64,000 bases of DNA, from positions 146,528-210,527 of the forward strand of contig JAQGDQ010000405.1 in assembly GCA_030141605.1 (NCBI GenBank), read 5' to 3'. Origin of the DNA: Tubiluchus corallicola. Lineage: Eukaryota > Animalia > Priapulida. The notes beneath the pieces were generated by a model. It ran no database searches, was not told where the DNA came from, and worked only from the letters and a program-made list of their open reading frames with translations. The position numbers were made by a program, and so were the translations under genes. How positions within the stretch are numbered: the stretch's first letter is position 1; every line of letters starts with the position of its first letter. Shown here piece by piece: positions 21,501 to 36,221 of the stretch.

Positions 21501-24500
21501 TTATGTTAATTTTATAACTGGAAAAATATTCCATTCATACATGGGTTGTATGAGTAATAAACAAGAGAGATCTAAGATACTACTTGATGGCATGTAACAA
21601 CAAATTTAATAGGATTTCCAATATTCAAAAATAAACAACTGGGAACATTAATATGCAAAATTGGAAAAACTCTTCTGAATGTTGGCAGCTACCCGAATTC
21701 TGTTAAACTTTCACTACCTTTAAGTCACATTGACATTCTCAACTTAATGTTTGCATGACAGTCTCTGCGAAACTTTTATAGACATTTTTGTAAAATGCTA
21801 TTAAATATTTCTTTCCAGCATACCAACTCTTTGTTAGCTTTGTAACTATTGTGGTCCAAACTGAAAAAGTACTTGTTTACTTTAGTGTGCTGCAGTGCTT
21901 TTAACTAGATAACTTTTTGATATTGAGCAATTATTAGATCGTTTATTTGGTTTTTTAAAGCAGAATTAGCTGCAAGCCAGCTGATATACAAACCTATCAT
22001 AATTGTGCTGGAAAGTTAATGATTAAGTAGAAAAACTAACTATTACTAGTATAGTAGTGCTGAAAGTCATGCTAAATGTTTGTACATTAAATGAGCTTTT
22101 TAATAGCAATCATTTACTAAGAAATGCTTATTAGATGGCTTAAAAGTATTTTAGTTGTGCACAATTCAGCTTATAATATGAAATGCAAAAATAGACCTTA
22201 GGCAATGCATTTTTGCACATTTGCAGAAAGATTATACATAGGTCACGTACAATTGCGAGATCTGTCTTCTTGCACAGATTTCTGGTACTAAATTGTTGGG
22301 CAAATGGATAAATGGAACATGATATTTTTACAGCAGCAGCAACAATCTGGAAATGGTGAGCAACAGTCTGGAAATGGTCAGCAAGAATCTGGAAAGGGTG
22401 AGCAACAGTCTGGAAATGGTCAGCAAGAATCTGGAAATGGTCAACAACAGTCTGGAAATGGTCAGCAAGAGGGCCAATATGGAACACAGCAGAGTACCAG
22501 GAGTAGGATAGTGGGTGCAATTTCGCTTGCACGGCAATATTTGGAATCCCAATTAGACAATTTTGCTGATGATCCATATGCGCTAGCTGTCACTGCTTAT
22601 GCCCTTTCACTGTCAGGAAGCGACAAAACAACTCAAGCTCTAAATTATCTACAACAACTTGCCAATACTCAAGGTATGCTTTTGAAGTTATTGTTTCCTC
22701 TTTATGACAGCCATGTTTATTTTGGGGAATAAAAAAGATTTATTTATAATTTTCCTATGAATGAAAATGTCTCTTTATACATTGGATGGGTTAATTTATC
22801 TTGTTTCATGGAGAAATTCCTTGCTTAAGAATTTTGTCCAATTAACAACGATTATTAAATTTTTGTTCACTGTAGCCTGATGAAACATGTTGTTATAGTA
22901 TTCAAAATATTTAAAATCAGGTGTTGTACAGCAAAAACCAGATGGTCAGCAACAGACAGAGGGGCAACAACAACAAGGGCAGTTTGATCAACAGCTTGGT
23001 ATGAACTTTAAATGTTTAATATTATTCAGTTCTACAGTGAGCATATATTGTAAGCAAATATATTTGGATGTAATAGTGTATGTTTTTGTAATTGATTTTC
23101 AAACTTCAGGCTGTAATACATAATGAATTCATATAATATTATATATTTGCCTGCTTTATAAAGAGTGCATATGCTTGGAGTGCTTGGGAACGTTGCTATA
23201 AAGCCCAGATGTGATAATTTGAAGGCACATTTGTAATAAAGTTACTTACTGTAATGAACTAAATTTTAAGAGCGCCGCTAAGTTATACTTTATTAAGTCT
23301 TGAATATCACGAAATGCGAACATATAACCCATAAATTTTTCATCCGATGCTACTCAATGAACTTCTTCAGGAAAATAAACTAATTTTTTAACTTAGTTAC
23401 TAGTGGCAAAACATTGTGTTCCTCGCACCAATTTCACTCACATTTTTCTACTCGCTTAAGTATATGGATGCTTGCTTAATACAGCTCCCTTATATCTTAA
23501 ATGTTATGTATTAAAATGTTTAGGCTCAATGAGATTCTGGATAAAAGCTCACCCTGAGGGTTGGGGTCAGTATCAATCTGTGGATGTAGAAATGACAGCT
23601 TATGTGCTGCTAACTTACGTACAACAAAATGATCTTGATAATTCACTTCCTATTGTGCGGTGGTTAATTCAGCAACAATCCAGTCTTGGCGGCTTTGTTT
23701 CTACTCAGGTAATTCTTGTATTGAGTATGTTTTCTGATGTTTAACATTCGATTTTTGCTCAAGGGTTATATGTAAGAACCTATCCAAACTACTTATATAA
23801 CTTTATTGAAATTTTAAGTATATTGCTTTAATTTTTAAATTTATAGTTTTTCGATTAACAGATCTAAAAAAATTTAAACAATGTCAGAGAATTTAGCCTA
23901 AAATTCACTAAACTTGTGTTAATGTTTGTGATCAGTAATACGACTTGAGCACTGGATAACAGTTTCTATGCTTGCTGTTGTGTGTCTTTAGTTTTACGGT
24001 TATACCTGAACTGCAGAAGCACTACTATTGTTAAGCCAATCCTCATGGTGAATGAAAAAGAAATGTCAAACTAAAGGTGTTTCGACTTGTTTTCAAGTAA
24101 TCCGTGTTTTTCTCTGCTGCTTTTCTCTGAAGGCAAAAAACAAAATTTCACCCAAGGTTTTGCACAACGAATGTAAATTAAAAGAAATTTCTAGAAAATT
24201 AACATTAAAAAGCCATTATGACATCTATTCCAGGGTAGTTGGACCCATATAACTCAATTCTGTAATTTTCATTTCAAAAATAACAACGTATTATTCAAAA
24301 TGGCGCTATAGACTAGAAGATAATTGTGAAAAAGGTGTTTCTATAAAGTTCTAGGGGGATTTTTTTCTAAAAGTGGGCAAGATGGCCAGTTTTTCAATGT
24401 GACCATGCTGAATCCTGGCATATAGTTCAGCAGAATCGTGAAAAATTGCTCATTGTCTAAAAGTTATGAAATGTAGCACAGTGCTAGAACCCGCCAAGGT

Positions 24501-27500
24501 AATTAATTTTGGATAAAAAATGCTCCAATATGGGCACAATTTTCAAGATGATCAATAAGATGGCTTGCTAAAATATGTAGGATATATGCTAACTATTACA
24601 ACAGATAAGATGTTGACTTTGGTGTCTAAATATAGGGTGAAGCAAGTTCTAGCAACAGCTTTAAAAAACCTAACAACACTCTTCCATCTTCTAGGCCATT
24701 TTGAAATGGCAGCAATATTGGATGATTTTCGTTTGGCTTCATATCCAAAATAATCACATGGATGAGTTTTAGCTTTGTGCAAAGTATTTTAACTTTTAGG
24801 TGAAGTGAGCAGGTTTTTTTCACTATTCTACAAGGGAATCTATTATTTTGGGATTCAGGTCAGTTTCAAGGTGGCTGCCAAGATGGCTGCAGTAAATGTA
24901 GATCTTCAAGGTCAAGGAATCCACCTCTGGCACTAGTGCAGTGATCAGTGCCTGCCTGATATACCACTCCTCTCGTGTGCCGAACGGAGTTGTCACCAAA
25001 AAACCTTTCCTTTCTAGTGAACAAGCCTTACATGCTTTGCAAACTGACGGTGCAGGAATACAACAAAATGTTCCATCACAGACATGAGTTCAGTCAGTGG
25101 TTCTGCTGTAGTAGTGTTTCTTAAAAATACAAGTGTTAAATGCTTCTGTTATGTAGGCCAAACCATCTTTTTTTCTGTAAAAACTGAAGTCTGGCTGCAA
25201 ACAGTATTAAGGTGGACTACTTAACAGAACTAGCTTTTTTCAGAATGAATGGCATTCACATTTTCGTATGGTGTAATATATGGTTTTTGTAAGCTAACAA
25301 CATTGAAATCCTGACTACGATGATGTTATGGGTGTTTCTAGACATCAGAAATTGAAAACCTAACCTATATTTTGACACCTAAGTTGTGATATTAACTGCA
25401 CCAACAGTTAGGATATGGCTTTCCAAATTAGCAATTACAGGCATCGATCTTGTTAACCATTTTGAAAATGGCAGCCATATTGTACAGTGTTCGATTGGCC
25501 TGATATCTAAAATTAATCACCTTGATTGATTTTAACATTGTGCAAAGCTTTGTAATTTAAACGAAAAGACTAGATTTTTCGCCATTTTTCCCCTTGGCCA
25601 TTTTGTTTTTGACTTATTAGGCTGTTTGAATTTCTTTGCATTATTCTGGGGCTAGTAGCAGCTTTTTGGATTCAAGAATATTCAGTTTATTGTTATTTGT
25701 TTGTATAATGAATCTTATAATGAAATGGTTAATGTAACTGCACGTTCGGCATTATTTCATTATCGCCTGGCAGACATTTTGAAAACGGTAGTAATTTTTT
25801 GGATCCAACTACCCTAGAATACAGGCCACTTGGCTTTTTAATGTTAATTTTCTGTTAATGTAAATTTCTATTGATGTTTTGTGCAAAACTTGGCAGCCAA
25901 TTTTTTTTACATTTTTAACCCCATTCCGCTAATTTTATAAGCTGGCAACAGTGTTTTTCGAATTCAGCATAGTCAAATTGATAAAACTGGCCATGTTGGC
26001 TACTTTTGGAAAAAACTCTCTGAGATTCTACTTTTCTGAAAACGGCACTAGACTATATAATGTTGTGTCTCACTGATGACCAATTGGGACCACCGGGAGA
26101 AACAGGGAACGAAAAGCCTTGAGAAATGGTGCTTTTGCTCGCTTTTTTGCAAAAAAACTTAAACTATACTTATTTTAATGCCTATAATGGTTGTATGGCC
26201 CCATTTAATGGTACATCATAGGCATATTTAGAATTCGTGGGAAAGCTGCAACAGATGTTTTCCTGAACCCAGGTAGCTCATTTTTTCGGAAATTTTGACA
26301 GAATGCCGTGTAGGAAAAATGTTCTAGTGGCGCCTGGTGAGGAAGATTTATTTCTTTTGAAAGAAAAGGGACTAGGTTACATGCCCATGTGGGTCACTTT
26401 TTAGTACGCCTCTGCCAGGAAAATTGTCTACAAGTTGACTGGACTTTCAACTGCAGGTGATTCCCACCTGAATAGCCTTTATTGCGACATCATTCCATTA
26501 TACACGGCCCATAACTCTGCTTCAGCAAAAGCAGTTGGCTTTGCGTTAATGGTAATATGTAACAGACAGTTTTAAAGTGCAAGGATACTAAACAAACACT
26601 GTGTACAATGTCTGCGCATTATTGATATTTATGATCCGGGCGTTGGCTAGTTAAATGATCATGCAGAATTAGAAAATACAGACAAAAACATCTTGTGGTG
26701 GAGCATGCTTACAGACTCAACACAGAGTTTAGTTTCATATGAGAGACAGGACAAAATAATATCAACAGGAGACAAAATGTGCACTATTGCGTTATTCTAG
26801 TCATTTAGTGTGTGTGTCATGCAGTGCAACAGAAGTTAATTGGCAAACTAAAATTTGACCTGCTGGCTATATTTGGCAATGAATGCCCTTGTACTAAATT
26901 ACTAAGGTGTTTTTAATAGTATTTTGTTAATTTTCTTTTACATAATATTGTATGTCTATTGCATTTTACATACTGACATTCTTTACCAAAGGAAGGTCTA
27001 CGTGATGGCTAAAGAACTATTAGAAGTTAATCTTAAGTAGTAGAATTTCCTTATACCTGTCATTTTGGATAGTAAGAGCAATGCAAGGAAATTTTAGCAA
27101 AGTGTCTGAATAGCACAAAGAAAATATTTAATTTGGTAATAGTTAATTGTTGGCATAATACTGGAGACTTTGGGCTTTTTTCTTGGATTTAACAGTAAGA
27201 TTGTAGTCATCATTTCACATTGGCTTGTCAGTCTATTTTCTTGTCTTATCATAATAGCACTACTCAGAGTAATAATTAATGTTACTACTGCTGTTGATTC
27301 AGTCTTGTATTTACTGTTGTTCTGCAAAATAATTTTTTCCAGGATTCAGTAGTTGGTTTGCAAAGTCTGTCAGAATATTCTATAATGATTTCGAAAGGAG
27401 CAGCAGGTGGTCAAGAGGGCGGGGGACAGATTGATGAATATGAAGTTCAGAAACCAGTGGATCCAGATTATGAATATGGAGGACAAATTGATGAAAATCA

Positions 27501-30500
27501 GGTAGTTGATCCAGAGGGACAAGGCATGCAATTAGGGACAGATGATCAAGAATTGGAAGTTAACATCACATCTGGCACCGATGAACAAACATTTGTTGTT
27601 GATCAAGGTAATGCATTGGATTCCCAACAATCCACGGTAAGTGAATTCTCAGTGACTTAACAAGTGCACTGTAATGGCAGTGCACAAAATCCATTAGTTC
27701 GAGTCAAAACTCTCATACTTGGTATTCATTTTGCCAACAGATGGTGTAATTGTTGTCAAGTCTTCCGACAAATTTGTAATTGTCATTTCTAGAAGAATTC
27801 ATGAAGCATATTTTCAGTTGAATTTCTATAAACTGAATCTTTGAATAAAAGTAACCTTGTCAACACAAAATGGAATTTGAATTTGAAAGCTGTATAAATA
27901 CTTGGCGGAGAAGGAATTAGGATCTGCATTCAACCGTTTCTTAAGAGTCTGCTCCATTCACAATATTCAGTACAGTATCTTTTTGAATGTATGGGTAGGT
28001 TGGTAAGGCTACATGTGCACTAGGTTTTTTCAAAAAGTGGGTTGGCCAGGCCACGTGACAGATGAAAGTGTTAAAATGGGTTGCAATAAAATGGATTTTC
28101 TAGGTAATCAAGCATGGAGAATTCAGCAATAGCAAAATTATGATCTTGAGACAAAGATAAAGTCAGCAAAGATTTTTCATTGTCAGCAGTACAGTTTTGG
28201 TAATGATGCAAGATCTTAGGTTTATGACTTTGTGTTATTCACTGGCTCTAGTTCAAATTCTCTATCACCGCGTGAAATAGCTATTTGAAGGCTCACAATA
28301 CATTTTGACAATGAACTATTTGCTTAGAAACTGTCTAAAGACTAGAGCAGTCAAGAATCTACAAGCAAAATTCTTTTTCTCAGCAAAATTGTGAAATTGT
28401 TGGGTTAACCAGATTCAGAGATAAATTTGTGGTCTATTCATTTCAACTAATGTGGCTTAAGAGTAATATCCCACAGTCTTTGACTTTCCTCCATTTTTTT
28501 GTACTTTATATTATAATATACTTATATATATATGTGTGTGTGTGTATATAAAATGTATATTATATAACTTACAATTATGATTCTTTTCTTTGGTTCAATG
28601 ATTCTGCAAATATCTGAGCCATATGGTCAGCTTAATTGTTGTCCACCAAAGATTCTTTGTTTGAAAAATTAAAATGCATTTTAAAGAAAAAAGATGCAAA
28701 TAGGTTTGTGCAAATTACAAAACTGGTACGAAATTGTTTTTATATTTCAGCTAACTGTCAGTGCAGTAATTGAAATAACTGCGAAAGGTGACAGGATGGG
28801 TATAATACAGGTAAAAATTGTTTATTAATTTTCATATATATATACCCTGTACCCACTGGCAAGATCCACATAATATAATTATCATGACAGGATGAAATAA
28901 GTCTTATTATCAAAAATCATCTAGGATGTTTGGACACTGACAGTCTTTGTGGCTAAGTTCAGATTTGTGTGCTTCCATCCCCACATGATAAATCGTCTAC
29001 ATCCGCTGTTGCGTGGTAAATCGCCTACTTCCGTCCTTGCATGATAAATGGCCTAATACAGTAAGGCAGATAAAATCATATAGCACAGACCCATTTGAAT
29101 ATTTTCTCGAGCTTGTATGGTAGCTTTTTTCTTCATCTGCACACATCCGTCTTCAGGCTATTATCACCATTATTATCTTGTGCCTCATAAACTTTTCATT
29201 ATCAACATTATAGAATTTCAGCATCTAGAAGTAAATGTATGTCCATTCCAACGGCAGAAGCTGTATCTAAAACTGCCTATCAAATTACGGCTTTTATGTC
29301 ATTAACATACAACCTTAACTCGACCGCTGCATGGTCGGAGTGACAGATATTACTGTCTAAGTTTTATAATAAACGTACACACAGTTCTGGCAGTTTACTA
29401 CATGATACCTGAAATATAGTGACCCTGTTATCTAAATACCCATCTATATTGGTTGTTGACAATACATGAATTATCATCTCAGTAAAAACTTTGGCAGCAT
29501 ACATGTATATATTTATACATGATTGCTTCCAAAGTGTTGTCGGCTACATGTTTTAAGTAGAAAGAAATAATTGCTGGTGACAAAAATTGGCTTGCATTTG
29601 ACAAGGAAAAACAAGACAAAACCAGCCAATTTGTAAGTTGCTATTCTTTTCACAGGTATCTCAGGTGGCATGTCTGGAAAGCAAATTCGAGCCTACTTGC
29701 AAAAAAACCTTCTAGATCACTAGATTGCAAATTTATATATAGAATCTCCCCCAAAAGGTCGCATTAAATCTGCTGATATTACAGAGTCATATAGCAAACA
29801 TTTATTTGAACTAATTCTTTTTTGTGTCGGCTGCACCAGAGTATTATGCACAGTGCAAAGCTTTGATATAGCTTGATTGGGTTTACAATACAATGAGGGT
29901 AAATAGTGAACTAGTCTGTCAGATATACTATATTAATCTTTGGGTACTTTTCAGTAAATCCAAGTTTTTCTTGCTCCTTGAAAACCTGAGCTTAACTCAA
30001 AACTAAGCACAATTGTCCTTTAATCGTTCACTAACGAAGTCAACTGTCCTAACAGTAAAATATAGTTTTCAGGCAACTCACAATTATTACTATGCCAAAG
30101 AAAAAACATTATAGTATCCTTGACTAAACTCAGCAGGTTTGTTGAACTGTCACAAAGCTTCATCACTATTACAAATTAATTGGCATTCTATTAAACTCAG
30201 TGCTCTAAGAACTACTTTGTTAATTTCAAAGGGTTCAGTTTTTTGTGAAATCTTCAGCTCGTTAGCTTTGATTCATTGGCAACAGTTGTCTGTCATTTTT
30301 GTCTATGTAAAAATAATCTGATCATGCATATACAGACTTTTGCAGTTTACTTGGTGTGTTTAAGTATATTCTGCATACGTATTTACAGTGATGTTTGTGA
30401 GTAAACTTTTGAGGCAGTGGAGTGGAGCGGCTAGCCCGTTAAAGTGCATGATTGGTTTCCTGATCACTCTATTGTCCAACACAAATGGTGCAATGTACCA

Positions 30501-33500
30501 TTTTATTTATCACTGTAGCTATCTACATTACATTATTGTAAATTAGTTGTGTAGTGTTGGAATATATATAGTGAAATTAACTTTTTTGGGTCTGTAAGCT
30601 TTTGCTACATTTTGCATGGGTTCATGGTGTAACTGGTCTCAATAAGCACGGATTACATTATATTTCATAATTTTTGTAGGTTTCTACTCCTCACACATTG
30701 GATTTTTATGCAAAGTTACACATGAAATGCATTTGCTTACAATATGCAATGTACAGTATCGCTTGTGTGAAATCGGCTAATGCAGAAAATTTCAACTATC
30801 CAGAGTCAACACTCTGATGCACTTTGGCTTCAAGTCTACTCCATTTTTAAGGAGGAATTGTTGTTAACAGATGAAACGACCTTAATTTGTCCTTGGCTGA
30901 TCTGGAATCAATAAAATCAGGGGATCAATAAAATAGTGTGTCATGCAAGTGTACGCCAGACTAAGCTACTCAATAGACTAAGTTGGAGTGCTTGAAAAGG
31001 GCATGTTGCTCTTAATTTTATCCAATTAAATCACATATAAATGTTTAAACAAATAGCGAGATTTTCCTGAAAAGATCACTACCTAAATTGTAATAAATTA
31101 GTTATGTGTGTGCTCAGTAGCATGAAAGTCTTATAAGACCTATTTTGAATGGTGCTGTCCTGTAGGAGTGAGTTAACTAACGTTATATTTGAACATTTGT
31201 ACACGTAAGCAATCATTCGTTTTTGGATGTCGCTTTACATATTATCCAATGCCCTGCTACTGCACAATTCCGAGTAACCAGTTATACTGGAATTTTACAT
31301 AGCAATGTAGTAGATTGTATAGATAAAAGCTTAAAATAAGAAAAGAAAGTAACTTAGGAAAAATAAACAGGTGTTCTAAGAAACAAAGAGACAGTATTTT
31401 GAGTAGCACGCCATGGTAGGTGATTCGATTTTTTCTACAACTATGCAGCTGAACACAGTACGTTATACAAAGTGTAGTCTTTCTTCTTCAGTTCTTCCTT
31501 TTTCATTAGCACACCAAAAGCTTAACATTTGTTTAATTTATTGTATTCAGTAAAATGATAAATAAAATGTACACTCACTTAAACCACAAACAAAATCTTA
31601 ATTTGATGTGTCTGCTATTTTCTGCATTATTTCAGTTCAACTGGAGCCTTTGCTGACATTGTTGCTAAGCCAGCAATATGTGAGCTCTAAAAATAAAAGC
31701 AGGAGAGAGAGCCTGACAGAACTGGATTGTTATAAAAACTAAAAGCAAAATAATTATATTACTAAAGTGACAGAAATCTATTAATAAGGACGAAAGTGAG
31801 ATAAGTATTGATGACTACTCCAGAATTGCGTTAAAGCTATATTTAAAGTTGGGTCTATGATGAATTCCAAAAAATTTATCCAGACACGTAACTCCGAATT
31901 CACTTACGTCAGTGTTATCTCGGCATGCTTGATGAATCCCACCAAGATATTTACATGCACACATTTCACACATAAGTGTGATTTTACAAGTAAGTGTCAT
32001 TGATAAATCTGGTCCAGTTTGATACTGGTACGTTTCTGTCAAACTACACAAACATCTCCATTTTCACTTATTTTGGACTGTAGTTTTTCACAAAGACCCA
32101 AATATAAAAAAACCACAAAGGAAGGTAAGAAAATTGGGTAATTTCAGCATAATATTAATTGGTGAGAATAATAAAGCTTTAAAGCTGTGGCCATGGAAAC
32201 TATAATTGTCCAGCCATGAATACGCACATAAGTATGGAATGTGTTAGATTGCTGAGTACTCAAAGATAACACTTTCAGACGTTTCACCTTACAGCTAGTA
32301 AATCGAAAGATGCTGGTAGGATGCCTTAATACCATTAAATAACATTGGATCAGTTTAATGTTTAATTATATTAAATAGCCAAGGTTTCCAATGTAGTTTA
32401 GGGATATGAACCTGAACATTTTCATGTTCATTAAGTTTTTTTTACTAAAAATTTATGCAACTTCTTTATTGTAGATTTTGACACAGTTCATGCAGATCAA
32501 TATATCCATTACATATAGTGTGACCACCAAAGTTAACACGTCTTTGTTAGAACAAGTCGAGAATCAGTTGACTAGCCAGTTTCAATCATTGGGCTCAAAT
32601 CTTGATGAGGATATATTCGGAGAACAACAAGAAAACGGACAAACGAGTGAGCAGAAAGTTCGAAAGCGACGTCAGTTAGCAGCTATTCGAAGACGACGTC
32701 AGGTTCTGAAAAGAAGGCCTATATCTAGATCATTTGATCTCAAACTAACTTTACGCCGTCCCAGGGAAAAATATTTTCAACTGCAGATTTGCGCAAAGTA
32801 AGTACCATAATAGTTTGTTTTAGTTGTTGTATTTGTAGAGTCTTTCGAGTGTTCATCACTCTTGCTTCTAGCATTTTTAGTCTCCACCCAGTCCATTAGT
32901 ATATTTAACAACTAATCACTCATTTAAGCAAAACCAGACCTAGTATGAAAGTGTAGTTCAAAACAATTTAACCTGCAAATTAATGAAAGGGAACAATAGG
33001 AAATAAAACATTCCGGGAACTAAACAATAAGTTAAGTGAAAGAATTGCTAGCGTAGGAACCTAATTTTCCCTTCACGTCTTTGCTGTTATGCGCCTTTCA
33101 CCATTCGTTAGTTAGATGAGCACTAGTGCCTACATTTCGGTTACGCACAAAGAACAGGTGCTGCACCTCTCGGTTCAAATGTTGGTTGGTTGTAAGATAG
33201 TACAAATTAGCACAGCGATAAAGTTAAAATTTAAATTTCTAAAGTTAGAATTGTCTCAGTTTTGCATATCATTTTGAATATTGTACAGTACTACTGTACT
33301 TCTGTTTTCGCTGTTGTAAGCATGTGCAACTTTTGTGCTATTTAAAATCATGTCATTTGTGACATCATCACTAGCTGCGCTCCTAGCCTATTAATTAAGT
33401 TTTTAACCTATAATTTAATTATCAAAAACACTTTGGTATTCTTACAGGTGCTAATTTGCTAAAACATATGCTTTTTACTGTACTTCAAAATAGTGTAGGA

Positions 33501-36183
33501 AATGGAAAGTGGAATTTAGAGCATAACTTTTCTTAGTCCAAATATTTCTAAAGCTTGTTGTAGTACACAAGTATTTAGAGAAAAACGGTTATTTAGTCTA
33601 ACAGGTCAAGTTAAGCTAAGTACAAAAATAATGTTCTAGATAATTAAACACTACTTCTAGTGTTTTTGGTTTAATGTTTTTTTGCATATGAACAGTAAAC
33701 ACACTAATTACTAATACAGAAGTCCCAAGTTTCTTGCAGATTTGGATAGCCAACACGTGTAAAAAACCTTTCAGGGTTATATCATGTGCTTCTATTGAAA
33801 CAAAGTTATTTGTGGCGCTAGCACAACACTTAAAAATATAAATGATTTAGTGTTCTATATATATATTTATATGTGTGTGCGTGCGTGTGTGTGTGTGTGT
33901 GTGTGTGCGTGCGTGCGTGTGTGAATTTGTTGGTTTTAGGACCGAGCTATTACAGCAAAATAGTGACTTCCCTATACAAAACTTTATCAGTGTGTACAGA
34001 AAGCTTTCTCTTGCAACCATTCAATGTTTTGCTATTACATCCTATTTACATAATATTGGATAGCACCCTTGAAGTTGTTCTCTGTAGATGCATCTACTGC
34101 TGCTTGAGGAAGCTCATTCCAAGCATTAACAATTCTTTGGCTAAAAAAGAATTTTCTCAGATCCGGATTAGCCCTTTTCTTGTGTATCTGCATAATGTGG
34201 TGCCTTGATGACCTATTTGAATTCCCGGAATTCGAAAAAGTTTCCAGTCAACTTTGTCAATGCCCTTTGTGAACTTGAATTAAATCAGTACATGCTCTTC
34301 AGTACAAATAGTAAGCGTTTGTAATTTTAGTTGATGTAAACGATCACAGTATGGCCGGGCTTGCATTCCAAACAACATCCGAGTTGCTGTTTTCTGGACG
34401 CCTCAATCAAACGTATATATTTTACATAATGCGAGTTCCAAACCCGGCTACCATATTCCAGGATTGAGCGAACTGTGGATTTGTAAAGTGTAATTATAAT
34501 GCTTGCATGCCTGTTACATAACGTTCTGTGAATCATTCCTAGAATGGCATTTGCTTTTTTAACTTTGTTTGAAATATGCGTTGCAGATTTCAAATCAGAT
34601 GAAAGTATTATGCCTAAATCTGTTTCCTGCTGTACCTCTGTCAGCAGTGTGTTATGTAAGAAACGATCCTGTTTCAGGTTTGAAAAGCCCAAATGTAGCA
34701 ATTTACATTTATTTTCATGAAATAGCATTTGCCATCCTAGTGACCAGCTATACAATTTATTTAATTATTGTTATAGTCATAAAATGGTAATTTCCTATGC
34801 ACTCACATAACTTACAATCATCAGCAAATTTTGACATTTTGCTGACTTCTCCATCATCAGTATCATTGACATAAATTAACAAAACAAGGGTTTGAGAACA
34901 GACCCCTGCGGAACCCTAGATGTTACTAGTGCAACATGAGAAGTTTTGTTTCTGACAGCCGTATGCTGTGTCACACAGCCAGCATGCAGTAATTTACCAC
35001 TTATGTCGTAGGCTTTACAATTAATCTCTCATGGGGCTTTGCAAAAATCTATGTATATTATATCATATCTACTGGTATTGCCGTGTCGAGGTTTGATGTA
35101 ATATAATCATAAAATCTAACAAATTTGTAACACAAGATCTACCTTTTACAAACCCATGTTGAGTATCATTAATTAAATTATTATCGATTAAATGCTGAAG
35201 TATATAATTGTATCTTTTATAAAATTTTCTAGAATCTTACCAACAACTGACATTAACAATATTGGTCTATAGTTATTTGTATTGTCTTTTCTGCCATCTT
35301 TGTAAATAGGCGTCACATTCCTTAAGAATACAACTTGTCAGGCCCTGGCGACTTACTTCTGTTCAATGTCGTTAATTTATCCCTCACTCTGCCAATTGTT
35401 ATGTCAGCGATATAGTCTAGGACAATGTTACATCTGAAAGGCATATCTGGTATATTAGTTATGTGATAGCGCCCTATCTTCATGCCCTGTCGGACGTACT
35501 AGTGTACAAGCTTGACCTTTTATTTTGAATGCATGTGCAAGCCAAATAAACACTGCTTTACCTAACAATTTGTATTCTTAACAATTCGATTAATATCAAT
35601 ACTAGCGAAGGCCCGCAAAAAATTTTGCATATAAATACACTTATAATCATTAATACGTGAACATCCTACACAGTCCTCATTTATAACACAAAGCCAGCAG
35701 CAGCTTTTACTGAATTAAAGTTATAAGGTTATAGACAGAGTATAATGGATGACCTCAGAACAATGGCTTTGCGTCAGCAGTTTTCTAAGCGAAAATCGTG
35801 TGAAATGGAACCTCCAATTAACTCATCACAGCTCCTCAGGAAGGAAGCGTCCTAAAATGTAGCCCACATCATCGTGTAGCCCTGTTCTTCCTCTTTCTAA
35901 AGAGCTTCCCCTTTCGAGAATTCCACCAGGCCCTGCTTTTTTCTCCAGGCTGTTTGGTCAAAATTTCGAAAAAATCCGGAGTTGGGTCCGGGAAAACGTT
36001 TTTGCAAAACAACGACGGAAAAATGGCCATTTTGGAGGTTTTTCGACCACCCCCCTCCCCCATTCGTCGCGGTGGACCCGATTAAAAAAATAAACCCCCA
36101 ATGGCAAGACACTAGATCGAGACCTTGCATTTGATATATAGATTGCCACAAATTGTGCCGCTGTCAAAGCTGTAGCTTCGAAT

Positions 36184-36221
<38 letters not shown>

